IMG/VR virus record: IMGVR_UViG_3300014656_005142
Direction: 5' to 3' (one strand)
DNA: 64,000 nucleotides
Source: an uncultured virus (IMG/VR IMGVR_UViG_3300014656_005142)
Taxonomy: Duplodnaviria; Heunggongvirae; Uroviricota; Caudoviricetes
A model generated the notes under the pieces. That model was not told where the DNA came from and searched no databases. It worked only from the letters and a program-made list of their open reading frames with translations. Every line of letters starts with the position of its first letter. The first letter of the stretch is position 1. Of this stretch, positions 29,156 through 38,426 are shown piece after piece. The position numbers and the translations under genes were made by a program.

Positions 29156-30151
29156 ATGAAGAAGAAAGCTCTTATAACTGGAATCACAGGGCAAGATGGA
29201 TCTTATCTTGCAGAATTTTTGTTACAGAAAGATTATGAAGTTCACGGAATTGTGAGGAGAGTTGCTATTGAAGATCCAGAGCATAGATTGTGGAGAATAA
29301 GGGGAATCTTAGATAAAATTATTCTTCATTCTGGATCCTTAGAAAATTATGCTATTCTTTTTAATATCGTTGATAAAGTTAAACCGGACGAATGTTATCA
29401 TCTAGCTGCTCAGAGTTTTGTTTCTTATTCTTTTGAAGATGAATTTTCTACTTTAAATACAAACATCAACGGAACTCATTATATCTTATCTGCTCTGAAA
29501 GAAAGAGCTCCTAGATGTAGATTCTATTTCGCAGGATCTAGTGAGATGTTTGGAAATGCTAAAGAAAGTCCTCAGAACGAAGACACCCCTTTTAATCCCA
29601 GATCATCCTATGGAATATCGAAAGTCGCAGGCTTCCATTTAACCAAAAATTATAGAGAAGCATATAATATGTTTACATGCTCTGGGATATGTTTTAACCA
29701 CGAGAGTCCTCGTAGAGGTTTTGAATTTGTTACCAGAAAGATAAGTTCTGGAGTAGCGAAGACTTTTTTAGGATTAGAGAAGAAGATTAAACTTGGGAAT
29801 ATTGATGCTGAAAGAGACTGGGGTCATGCTGAAGAATATGTAAAAGCTTTCTGGTTAATGTTACAACAAGATTATCCAGATGATTATGTGATAGCTACAG
29901 GAGAAACTCATTCTATTAAAGAATTTTTGGATATAGCTTTTTCTTATGTTAATCTTAATTGGAAAGATTATTTAGAAATTGATCAGAATTTATATAGACC
30001 TTCTGATATAAATCAGCTAAAAGGAAATTCTAGTAAGGCCAGATTGAAATTAGGATGGTCTTATAATTATAGTTTTGAAGATCTTGTTGAAGAGATGGTC
30101 GACGCAGATATAAAATTATATAAAAAAAAATATAGAGAGGAAATGGAATGA
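29156..30151 (+). CDS. gmd: GDP-mannose 4,6-dehydratase
   Basis: ALITGITGQDGSYLAE, LAAQSFV, YGISK, NHESPRRG, RDWGHA; start set to ATG 29156. Confidence 0.96.
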   Translation: MKKKALITGITGQDGSYLAEFLLQKDYEVHGIVRRVAIEDPEHRLWRIRGILDKIILHSGSLENYAILFNIVDKVKPDECYHLAAQSFVSYSFEDEFSTLNTNINGTHYILSALKERAPRCRFYFAGSSEMFGNAKESPQNEDTPFNPRSSYGISKVAGFHLTKNYREAYNMFTCSGICFNHESPRRGFEFVTRKISSGVAKTFLGLEKKIKLGNIDAERDWGHAEEYVKAFWLMLQQDYPDDYVIATGETHSIKEFLDIAFSYVNLNWKDYLEIDQNLYRPSDINQLKGNSSKARLKLGWSYNYSFEDLVEEMVDADIKLYKKKYREEME

Positions 30152-31089
30152 AAGATCAATACAGAATCTCCTGTATAATTCCTACATTTCGTCATCATTG
30201 GGAGCTAGAGAACACAGTTTATTCTTTAGAAGATGCTCAGGTAGGAATTACTAAGAATGAATATGAAATTATAATAATCAATGATGATCCTAAAGATTTA
30301 GAAACTAGACAAGTGGCTATAGATTATTATCGTAAATTTAAAAATGTAAGATATATAGAAGTTTATGATGCTGAGAAAGTAGGAATTAAAAATTCCACTA
30401 GATGCGGTAATATAGGAGCTAAAAGAGCAAAAGGGGATATCTTGATAGTTATGGTAGATTGTTGTAGAATTCCTACTCCAGGATCTATAATGAAAACAAA
30501 AATAATGTTTGAAGCTAGAGGATTAAATATCTGCACTACAATTCCTCCTTATCACATAGGAACCCATTATTCAGATAGAAATTTTACTCCAGAAGAATGT
30601 AGAAAAGTTATGAAAGATTTAAACTGGAGAGAAGATCCTTATAGGTTATTTAAAGTAGCTGCGTATACAAGAATATCTAAGACAGGAATTATAGATGAAT
30701 CTACTTTTATGGGGATAAGTAAAGAAAACTTCATAAAAATAAGAGGATGGAATGAATCTTTTAAAGATTGGGATAGATATAATTTAGATTTATGGAGAAG
30801 ATGTACAAGAGTTCTTCCCGAAGGAGGAATAAATAATCAGAAAGTTAATTCTTCTGGAAGATGGGGGAAAGTAGGTTTAGGTCTAGAAGTTGTTAATATA
30901 GATTCTGAGGGAACCTTCCATCAACATCATGACATATTTGTTCCCAGAAATCATTCCAATTTCAAAAGAGATAATGAAAAAGTATGGCTCCAATATGAAA
31001 ATCTGGGAGAATGTGTTATAGCTAATATAGAAAATCCTAATTGGGGAGAAGGAGATATTGAAGAAATAGATTTAGGAGGATTATTATGA
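30148..31089 (+). CDS. Glycosyltransferase family 2
   Basis: ISCIIPTF, EIIIIND, NIGAKRAKGDIL, GWNESF. Confidence 0.82.
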   Translation: MKDQYRISCIIPTFRHHWELENTVYSLEDAQVGITKNEYEIIIINDDPKDLETRQVAIDYYRKFKNVRYIEVYDAEKVGIKNSTRCGNIGAKRAKGDILIVMVDCCRIPTPGSIMKTKIMFEARGLNICTTIPPYHIGTHYSDRNFTPEECRKVMKDLNWREDPYRLFKVAAYTRISKTGIIDESTFMGISKENFIKIRGWNESFKDWDRYNLDLWRRCTRVLPEGGINNQKVNSSGRWGKVGLGLEVVNIDSEGTFHQHHDIFVPRNHSNFKRDNEKVWLQYENLGECVIANIENPNWGEGDIEEIDLGGLL

Positions 31090-31274
31090 TCTTGGAGTTT
31101 ACAAGAAGTAACAATTCAAAAGTTTCTATAGATTCATTAAGTATAGAATCAGTTTCAGACTTAGATAACTATAGTAATCGTCCAGAACAGACTATAATAA
31201 GAACAAAAAGTGGAGAGAAAATTGTTGTAGTAGACTCATATTCTACAGTTATAGATAAAATTGACAGAACGTGA
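31086..31274 (+). CDS. FlbD-like small protein
   Basis: MILEFTRSNNSKV.I....IESV...TIIRTKSGEKIVV.DS...VIDKI matches the FlbD family pattern. Confidence 0.5.
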   Translation: MILEFTRSNNSKVSIDSLSIESVSDLDNYSNRPEQTIIRTKSGEKIVVVDSYSTVIDKIDRT

Positions 31275-31281
31275 ATCTTTT

Positions 31282-32076
31282 ATGAATCCTAAATATATAT
31301 TTTGTTCTACAACTCATTTTTCTGGATCAAAAGTTTTATCTTTTGCTTTCGGATTTTCGAAAGATTTCTTATCTGTTAGACTTGGAAATCCTACAAACAA
31401 TAGATTAGCTATAAGTCTCTATGATAGGGGAAAATTTGAAGAAATAAGAGAAATATTCGAAAAAGAGAAGATTATGGAGATAGAAAAATCTCTCTTTAAC
31501 TTGGAAAAGAAAAGATATTTTGAATCTGATCCTGATTTTATAAGAACTTTTACAAAAGCTGCGTGTGAATTTCTTAAAGGAAATATTGCCATTGTTCATT
31601 TAATTAATAATCCTGTGTATGTAAGTCTTAATATGCTTGAAAAGTACTCTGACCTTCTAGAATCTCTAATTTTTAATTCTAAATCAAGAATGAACATAAT
31701 TAAGCCAGATTTTCTTAAATATAGAGAGTACCAGCATAAATTTTTTAGAATTTTTTGGTATTGTTTAGAAACATATGCGAGATCTAAAGATCTTATTTCT
31801 AGGCAAAGAGATATTAAACACTATATCTTCTTCACGAAGTGGCTACTTATTCCCTTTGAAATAAGATCTTTACTAAAATCTTTAGAAGTTAGAATAGAAG
31901 ATGATAAGATAGAATCTATCAAGGAAGCTTTTAAAGCCGAGGAAGATCTTTTTTATTCGACAAAATTCAGTCTTTCTTTAGACGAAGCTAGAAAAATGGC
32001 ACTCAGGTTCGTGGACAAATTTGGAGATCAATTTATGTTATCTAAAGAGGAATGCTTGCAACTATTAGAATTATGA
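31282..32076 (+). CDS. Degenerate sulfotransferase-like protein
   Basis: YIFCSTTHFSGSKVL (PSB-loop-like), YFESD, IVHLINNP. Confidence 0.5.
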   Translation: MNPKYIFCSTTHFSGSKVLSFAFGFSKDFLSVRLGNPTNNRLAISLYDRGKFEEIREIFEKEKIMEIEKSLFNLEKKRYFESDPDFIRTFTKAACEFLKGNIAIVHLINNPVYVSLNMLEKYSDLLESLIFNSKSRMNIIKPDFLKYREYQHKFFRIFWYCLETYARSKDLISRQRDIKHYIFFTKWLLIPFEIRSLLKSLEVRIEDDKIESIKEAFKAEEDLFYSTKFSLSLDEARKMALRFVDKFGDQFMLSKEECLQLLEL

Positions 32077-32279
32077 AAAAAAATTCAAAAATAAGACATA
32101 CTCGTTACTGTAAATTTTGTAAATTTTATAATATCTGTGATAAGGAAGTTGATTGTTTTGATGGAGAATATTGTGTATGGTTTACTCATAATGATAATCT
32201 TGTTTCGATTCCAGAAAAAATTGAAGAGGAAAGGGGGGAGTGGAATATGGATCAATTTTGGGAGGATAATTACGAATGA
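32073..32279 (+). CDS. Small Cys-rich hypothetical protein
   Basis: CKFCKFYNIC..C..C; ATGA coupling. Confidence 0.55.
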   Translation: MKKNSKIRHTRYCKFCKFYNICDKEVDCFDGEYCVWFTHNDNLVSIPEKIEEERGEWNMDQFWEDNYE

Positions 32280-32479
32280 TGACTAGAAAAAGGATTGAAA
32301 TTATTTCTGATTTTCTTAAAGGGGATGAAGTGGGTCCTCAAAGATTATTGATATTAGAAGTTCTTCTTGATATTAGAGATATGATGATAGTTCCTGAGTT
32401 TTCTAAAGAAGATAATAAGACAAGAATATTAACTAATGCATATAAAATCACTAGAGGTTCATCGGGAGAAGAACCATGA
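32276..32479 (+). CDS. Hypothetical protein, inserted mini-gene
   Basis: Shares its first 12 nt with the next gene. Confidence 0.6.
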   Translation: MMTRKRIEIISDFLKGDEVGPQRLLILEVLLDIRDMMIVPEFSKEDNKTRILTNAYKITRGSSGEEP

Positions 32480-33063
32480 TGACTAGATCTGAATGGAGAA
32501 AGTTAACAAAAGAGAATAAAATATCTATTCATAGCAAAGGAAATTATCATAGTGATAGACATAATCTAGATATTTATATAAAACATGGACCTGAATACAT
32601 TCCCATGATAATAGAAACAATAAAAAGACATAATCCTGACATTTTTATAGAGCTAGGAACTTTCATGGGAGGATTGACTCTGGCTATTCATGAAGAATTT
32701 CCTGAACTTTATATCTATTCTTTTGATATTAAAGTAGAAATTGATCCTAAGATTATGTACATTTTTAATCCAGAAAGAATAGAATTTTTCGAGAAAGATC
32801 TTTTAACTGAAGAGAGTTCTACTCTCTTGAATATCTTAGATATGTTTGGTAGGAAATTGCTATATTGTGATAATGGAAAGAAGGCTAAAGAAATAAATAT
32901 GTACTCTAAGTATTTAAATAAAGATGATGTGATAGGATGTCATGATTGGTTTTCTGAATTAGAATATGAAGATGTGAAAGATGCTCTGGTTGGGTTTGAA
33001 CCTTTTTGTGAAAAGATGTGGGAAGAGAGTTATTTGCTTTCTAGATTTTGGATAAAGGAATAA
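32476..33063 (+). CDS. CmcI/Methyltransf_24-like SAM-dependent methyltransferase
   Basis: FIELGTFMGG, SFDI, YCDNG, GCHD. Confidence 0.75.
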   Translation: MMTRSEWRKLTKENKISIHSKGNYHSDRHNLDIYIKHGPEYIPMIIETIKRHNPDIFIELGTFMGGLTLAIHEEFPELYIYSFDIKVEIDPKIMYIFNPERIEFFEKDLLTEESSTLLNILDMFGRKLLYCDNGKKAKEINMYSKYLNKDDVIGCHDWFSELEYEDVKDALVGFEPFCEKMWEESYLLSRFWIKE

Positions 33064-33067
33064 GTAT

Positions 33068-33250
33068 ATGGACCAAAACATAATTGATAGAGCAGTAAAT
33101 ATAGCTACGAGGCAAGCATTAGCTGGCTATCCAGTTTCTAGGATAATTTGGATTCCTCCAAACACTTCAGCAGAAGATTTTTGTGGTAATTTTGTTATTG
33201 AAGAATGTCCACCATTAAGTGCAGCAGAAATATCTCCATGGGATAGATAA
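33068..33250 (+). CDS. Small hypothetical protein
   Basis: ORF track; flanked by a 9-bp repeat. Confidence 0.5.
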   Translation: MDQNIIDRAVNIATRQALAGYPVSRIIWIPPNTSAEDFCGNFVIEECPPLSAAEISPWDR

Positions 33251-33271
33251 TAAAATAAAGGAAGGTAGTTA

Positions 33272-34045
33272 ATGAAACTATCTATAATTATGCGCTGCTG
33301 GAATCGGCTTGAATATACTGTAAGATCCATAATCTCTATATCCGAATTATCTGGATTAGATAGAAGCGAATATGAAATTCTTTGTGTGGATCAGAATTCA
33401 ACCGATGGAACAAGAGAATGGCTTAAACATGCCTATAGTGAAGGATATTATTCGGTTGTTCCTGTTCTCTTAGAAGAAAATGTGGGAGATGGGCTAGGAA
33501 TGAATTATGGCATTAAAGTTGCTGAAGGAGAATTTATTTGCCAGCATGATTCAGATTGTGAATTAGTTACTCCTAATTATTATAAACATCTTATAGATTT
33601 ATATGAAGCCCTAGAAAAAGAAGGACATAAAATTTGTGCTCTTGGAGGGAGTCATAAACAAGGATTAGAAATTGATTCTGCCCCTTTTCGCTTTGGAAGA
33701 CAAAGATATGGAGATAGAAATTTTATTCATCTTTCGGGAAAAGAAGTAAATAAAGGGTCTGATGTTTATTTATTTACAAGAATATATATGGCAGCATGGG
33801 TAACTGCCAGTTTTATTTTTAGAAAAAAGTTTGGAGAGGAATTGGAATTTGGAAAAGGAATGTGTAATTCTTGGTGCGGTCATTTTTGGGATCTAGGCTA
33901 TACAAACTTTATATGTGAAAGTATTAAGTTTTATCATATTGATTCGGGAGAAACTGGAGCCCATATCCAAAAGCAATATGATAAATTCCCGAGCTATTCG
34001 TACATTTTTCGCCATTACCGAAATTTTATAAAGAAGCAGGATTGA
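33272..34045 (+). CDS. Glycosyltransferase family 2
   Basis: LSIIMRCWNR, VDQNSTDGT, ENVG...MNYG, QHDSD. Confidence 0.9.
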   Translation: MKLSIIMRCWNRLEYTVRSIISISELSGLDRSEYEILCVDQNSTDGTREWLKHAYSEGYYSVVPVLLEENVGDGLGMNYGIKVAEGEFICQHDSDCELVTPNYYKHLIDLYEALEKEGHKICALGGSHKQGLEIDSAPFRFGRQRYGDRNFIHLSGKEVNKGSDVYLFTRIYMAAWVTASFIFRKKFGEELEFGKGMCNSWCGHFWDLGYTNFICESIKFYHIDSGETGAHIQKQYDKFPSYSYIFRHYRNFIKKQD

Positions 34046-34048
34046 ATT

Positions 34049-34780
34049 GTGAGAGATTATAATTCAGTATCAATTCTTCTTCCCACTAAGGGAAGACAGC
34101 AAGTTCTTCTCAATAGCTTATTATCTTTAAGTGAAACACAAGGAGCTAGAGATCTTCTTGAAATTATTATTGTTGCAGATGATGATCCTGAATCTTTTGA
34201 AATCGCTAGTGATTTTCATTTTCAATATAGATTTAAATCATATAGAGTCTTTCTTTCTCCTGAAAGACTTTATCCTGTTAATGCTTTTATTCTAGCTTAT
34301 TCTCTTTGTGCTTCTAGATATTTTGCTTCGATGAATGATGAAAATACTTATAAATCTGATTGGCTTTTAAAAGCGTTAGATAGATTTGATAAAGAATTTC
34401 CAGATAAGATAGGAGTTCTTTCTCTATATGATATTAGAAAATCTGGTTTAATGCTTACAACTCAGGATTTTGTTAGGTATAATGAAAATGAATGGTGGAA
34501 CAAAGAATATAAGCTATACTACGCAGATGATGAGTTCACAATGAGAGCTATCCTTCTTGGAAGATATGCATTCCAGAAAAATAATGGAGTTTTTCATGAT
34601 ATAGAAATAACTAAAAGAATTTCTGCAATTCCTTGGGAAGAAAAGATTGCAATTAAGAAAGTTGATAGAGGTCTTTTCTATAAAAGGTCTGAAAGTAATT
34701 TTGGTCTCCCTGTAGAAAAAATATATAAGTGGGAAGGTCTAAGGGAGATTAATCTTTCACTAAAGGGGGAAATTAAATAA
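34049..34780 (+). CDS. Glycosyltransferase family 2
   Basis: VSILLPTKGR, EIIIVADDD, MNDE, YYADDE. Confidence 0.85.
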   Translation: MRDYNSVSILLPTKGRQQVLLNSLLSLSETQGARDLLEIIIVADDDPESFEIASDFHFQYRFKSYRVFLSPERLYPVNAFILAYSLCASRYFASMNDENTYKSDWLLKALDRFDKEFPDKIGVLSLYDIRKSGLMLTTQDFVRYNENEWWNKEYKLYYADDEFTMRAILLGRYAFQKNNGVFHDIEITKRISAIPWEEKIAIKKVDRGLFYKRSESNFGLPVEKIYKWEGLREINLSLKGEIK

Positions 34781-35775
34781 TGAAAGAAGATTTTGATATT
34801 TTTAGAGATAAAAGAATTCTCATAACTGGAGGTACAGGCAGTTTCGGTAATGCTCTTGTTGATCGGCTTTTAGAACTTAGAACTAGGCAGATTATAATTT
34901 TTAGCAGAGATGAAAAGAAACAACAAGATATGTCCATTAAATATTCTGGAAAAAATCTTCTTTTTATCATAGGGGATATAAGAGATAGAAGAAAATTAGA
35001 AAAATCTTTTAAGAATATAGATTATATTTTTCATGCAGCAGCTTTGAAGCATGTTCCTATAGGAGAACTTTATCCTGAAGAAGTTATTAAAACGAATATC
35101 ATAGGAACAAAAAATGTTATAGAAGCTGCTGAATTATGTGGGGTTAGAAAAGTAGTAAATTTCAGTAGCGATAAAGCTGTTTATCCAGTTAATGCATATG
35201 GGATGAGTAAAGCTCTTGCTGAAAAGCTTGTTTGTGCTCATGGGGGGAACACAGAATGTATTAATTTGAGATATGGAAATGTCCTTGGTTCTCGAGGGTC
35301 TGTGATTCCCATATTCTTAAATCAGATAAGAAATAATCAACCTCTAACTATTACTAATCCAAGAATGACTAGATTTCTTCTTCTTCTTAGAAATGCTGTT
35401 TCTCTATCTCTAATCTGCGTTAGCGAGGGAAGACCTGGAGATCTATATGTAATTAGATCTCCAGCATGTACTATTGAAACCCTAGTTAATGTTATTAAAA
35501 AACTTTTTGATAAATTTCGTGGAGATGGAGAAATTCTTGTTAAAGAGATTGGAATTAGGCCAGGAGAAAAGATTCATGAAACTCTTCTTACAGAAGAAGA
35601 AGTTTCTAGGAGTAATTCGGGAGGTCGTTTTGGGATTGAATTTACGAGAGTTTTTTCTGTAGATAGAAATAGTTGTGGAGATTTTTCTAATACAGAACCG
35701 TTTACTTCAGAAAATGCAGAAAGATTTTATGAGAATGAAACTTTAAAAATATTATTGGAGGCTAAAATATTATGA
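34780..35775 (+). CDS. UDP-GlcNAc 4,6-dehydratase/epimerase (FnlA/CapE/WbjB-like)
   Basis: ITGGTGSFG, SRDEKKQ, HAAALKHVP, DKAVYPVNAYGMSK, RYGNVLGSRGSVIP, MTRF, GIRPGEKIHE. Confidence 0.92.
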   Translation: MKEDFDIFRDKRILITGGTGSFGNALVDRLLELRTRQIIIFSRDEKKQQDMSIKYSGKNLLFIIGDIRDRRKLEKSFKNIDYIFHAAALKHVPIGELYPEEVIKTNIIGTKNVIEAAELCGVRKVVNFSSDKAVYPVNAYGMSKALAEKLVCAHGGNTECINLRYGNVLGSRGSVIPIFLNQIRNNQPLTITNPRMTRFLLLLRNAVSLSLICVSEGRPGDLYVIRSPACTIETLVNVIKKLFDKFRGDGEILVKEIGIRPGEKIHETLLTEEEVSRSNSGGRFGIEFTRVFSVDRNSCGDFSNTEPFTSENAERFYENETLKILLEAKIL

Positions 35776-36836
35776 AAATAGGAATAACTGGAGCAAATGG
35801 TTTTATAGGAAGTCATCTCTGCAAGAAAATAAAAGATCCTATAGTTTTCAAGGGAAATCTTTTAGATTTTGATGCTGTTAAAGATTTTGTAAAAGAATGT
35901 GATATGATATACCATGTAGCTGGAAAAAATAGAGAAATAGAAGGAGTTATATTAAAAAATAATGTTTTAGGAACAAGAAATATAATTCAATCTATGATTG
36001 AACAGAATCATTTTCCTTATTTAGTTTTTCTTTCTTCTACTCAAATTGAATGGAATTCTCTTTCTGAATATGCAATATCTAAGAAAACAGAAGAAGACTT
36101 AATAAAAAGTAATTTAGATAATCATCAGTATTGTATATATAGAATTCCTAATGTCTATGGTCCTGGATGCAAACCTTTTTATAATTCTGTAATTTCAACT
36201 TTCTGTTATCAAATAGCCATAGGAGAAGAACTAACCATTAATGATTCAGATTCAACTAGAGAATTTATTTTCATAGACGATCTTGTTTCACAAATAACAG
36301 GAGAAGAAAGAAGGGGAAGATTTGTTAGAGTTTGGGGAGAAGTGATGAGTATTGGCCAAGTAGTTTCAGCCTTATTGAAAGAAGAAAATATAACTGCGAG
36401 TGAATCTGAATGCATTAATCTTCAAAAAACTCTTGAATATTATAAAAGAATACATGGAATATTTCCTGTTCATGAAAACGAAACTGGATCTTTTCAGGAA
36501 TTGGCTCATGATGATGATGTTGAATTTGCACAGTTAAATATTTTATCTATTAACCCAGGATGCACAAGAGGAGATCATTATCATAAAGAAATTCATGAAT
36601 GGTTCTGTTGTATTAAAGGATCTTGTTTGTTGGAATTAGTGGATGTTAAATCTGGCAAATTATCTTCTATAGTTTTGGATAGTTCGAAGAGAAAATTTTA
36701 TAAAATTGAAAGATTTCAAAATCATAAATTGGTTAATCGCAAAAATGAAATTTGTGAGATTTTAATTATAACAAATAGGAAATTTGATAAAAATAATCCT
36801 GATACATTTAAGATGGAGATTAGAGAATATCTATGA
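35772..36836 (+). CDS. SDR + C-terminal cupin sugar epimerase/reductase (FnlB/CapF/WbjC-like)
   Basis: GANGFIG, RIPNVYGPGCKPFYNSVISTFC, PGCTRGDHYH..EWF, NPDTF. Confidence 0.88.
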   Translation: MKIGITGANGFIGSHLCKKIKDPIVFKGNLLDFDAVKDFVKECDMIYHVAGKNREIEGVILKNNVLGTRNIIQSMIEQNHFPYLVFLSSTQIEWNSLSEYAISKKTEEDLIKSNLDNHQYCIYRIPNVYGPGCKPFYNSVISTFCYQIAIGEELTINDSDSTREFIFIDDLVSQITGEERRGRFVRVWGEVMSIGQVVSALLKEENITASESECINLQKTLEYYKRIHGIFPVHENETGSFQELAHDDDVEFAQLNILSINPGCTRGDHYHKEIHEWFCCIKGSCLLELVDVKSGKLSSIVLDSSKRKFYKIERFQNHKLVNRKNEICEILIITNRKFDKNNPDTFKMEIREYL

Positions 36837-36910
36837 ATCTTTCTATTCTTCTTCCTACAACTAACAGAACTTTATTTGCTTATTCTTGCCTTTCTTTATT
36901 GTCAGATTAG
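36833..36910 (+). pseudogene. 25-codon remnant of a GT2 glycosyltransferase N-terminus
   Basis: MNLSILLPTTNRTLFAYSCLSLLSD* resembles VSILLPTKGRQQVLLNSLLSLSE of 34049; ATGA-coupled to upstream gene. Confidence 0.55.
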
Positions 36911-36922
36911 AGTTTGTAAAAA

Positions 36923-37654
36923 ATGTTAAGATATAAGAAAAGAAGATTTATTCTCATATTGGGGCATGGGAGAAGTGGGACAACTCTGTGTGCAAGTTTA
37001 TTAAACATGATTCCAGATATTAATATCGCATTTGAATATTTAAATAGAGAAATTGTGGGAGAGGAATTTGATGCAGGGAGGCAAGACAGAATAGAGAAAA
37101 GTCTTCCTCTTTCTTATACTGGAAATAAAATAGTTATTCATAATGGATTATATTTTGAAAATATTATTAAATGTTACAAAGATAAAAGTTGGATTTTTCA
37201 TAATAGATTTGATGAATTGAAGGTTATTTTTACTAAAAGAAATCCTATTAATGTAATTGTTTCTGAAAAGATGAAACTAAAAAATAAAACAACTGAGGAT
37301 ATTTCTATTGATATTCTTGTGGAAAATTATATTTTTGCAGAAAAGATGATTCAAGAATTGAAAAGGTTTTTCTTAAAATATTATGTTTTTGATTTTGAGA
37401 AGATTGTCATGTGTGAACTTCACAGATATAAACTTTTTGAGTTTGTAGGCGAAGAATATTTGCCTATTTTTTCAGACACTTATAAGGGAGATGGAGAATA
37501 TAAGTATGGCTCTATTCATTCTAGTAATATTCTTTTTGGGAAGTTTGGGAAGTACCCTTATTCTTGGGAGAGTGAAATATTAAGTGCTTTTGATGCAAAA
37601 AGGTTTTGGCCTTGGCAATCTTTTGAATGTAATTTGGAAGTAGAGAATGAATAA
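36923..37654 (+). CDS. Sulfotransferase family protein
   Basis: LGHGRSGTT PAPS-binding loop; KVIFTKRNP...S. Confidence 0.8.
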   Translation: MLRYKKRRFILILGHGRSGTTLCASLLNMIPDINIAFEYLNREIVGEEFDAGRQDRIEKSLPLSYTGNKIVIHNGLYFENIIKCYKDKSWIFHNRFDELKVIFTKRNPINVIVSEKMKLKNKTTEDISIDILVENYIFAEKMIQELKRFFLKYYVFDFEKIVMCELHRYKLFEFVGEEYLPIFSDTYKGDGEYKYGSIHSSNILFGKFGKYPYSWESEILSAFDAKRFWPWQSFECNLEVENE

Positions 37655-38426
37655 TTTGAGAGAAGATCTTTTTGTTTTTATAGTAAGTCATGGAAGAAGT
37701 GGATCTAGTGCTTTATATGGATTTCTAAATCTTTTTTCTGAATTGAATATAGCTTTTGAAGAAAGTAGTCCATATGTATTTGATAATCATTCTCATGTTA
37801 ATTATGGAATTGGAAATTTTTCTTTTAATCATAAACTTATTATTAATAATAGACTGCCATATGAGTTTAATGGAAATAAATTTGTGTTTAATAGATTTAT
37901 ATGTCCAGGAGAAAGAGTGATTGAACTTTATAAAAGAAGATTGCTTCTTTTTCATGATAGATTTACAGAACTTAAAGTTATAATATTAAAAAGAAATCCT
38001 CTTGATACAATGACTTCTATGTATATGAGAAGATTCTTATCTCTTCCAGGAAAGCATAATCTCCTTTCTCCTCACCATCCTGATCTAAGTATAAAGTGGG
38101 CTGTTTCCAATTGGGTCACTAATGAAATTCAAATGAGGAAAGTGGAATCCTTTTTTGTTCCTCATTTTAAGTTAGATTTTTATGACTTTGTAGATAATGA
38201 TGGTTTAAAAGAGGATCTTATTAATTGGATTGGAGTTGAATTTGATCCTTCTTATCTTAATAAAAAAGTTAGAACTGAAGCTTATGGAAATAGTTCATTA
38301 TCTCAAGATAGAATGAAGTTTCGTGAGGGAGGAGATTATAAGATGGTAAGAGAAAAGATAGAAGAAGAAGCTGTTAAAATATTATCTGGAAAAGAAGAAT
38401 TATTATGGATACTAGAAAAAAAATAA
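37647..38426 (+). CDS. Sulfotransferase family protein, paralog of 36923
   Basis: SHGRSGSS; FHDRFTELKVIILKRNP..S. Confidence 0.8.
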   Translation: MNNLREDLFVFIVSHGRSGSSALYGFLNLFSELNIAFEESSPYVFDNHSHVNYGIGNFSFNHKLIINNRLPYEFNGNKFVFNRFICPGERVIELYKRRLLLFHDRFTELKVIILKRNPLDTMTSMYMRRFLSLPGKHNLLSPHHPDLSIKWAVSNWVTNEIQMRKVESFFVPHFKLDFYDFVDNDGLKEDLINWIGVEFDPSYLNKKVRTEAYGNSSLSQDRMKFREGGDYKMVREKIEEEAVKILSGKEELLWILEKK

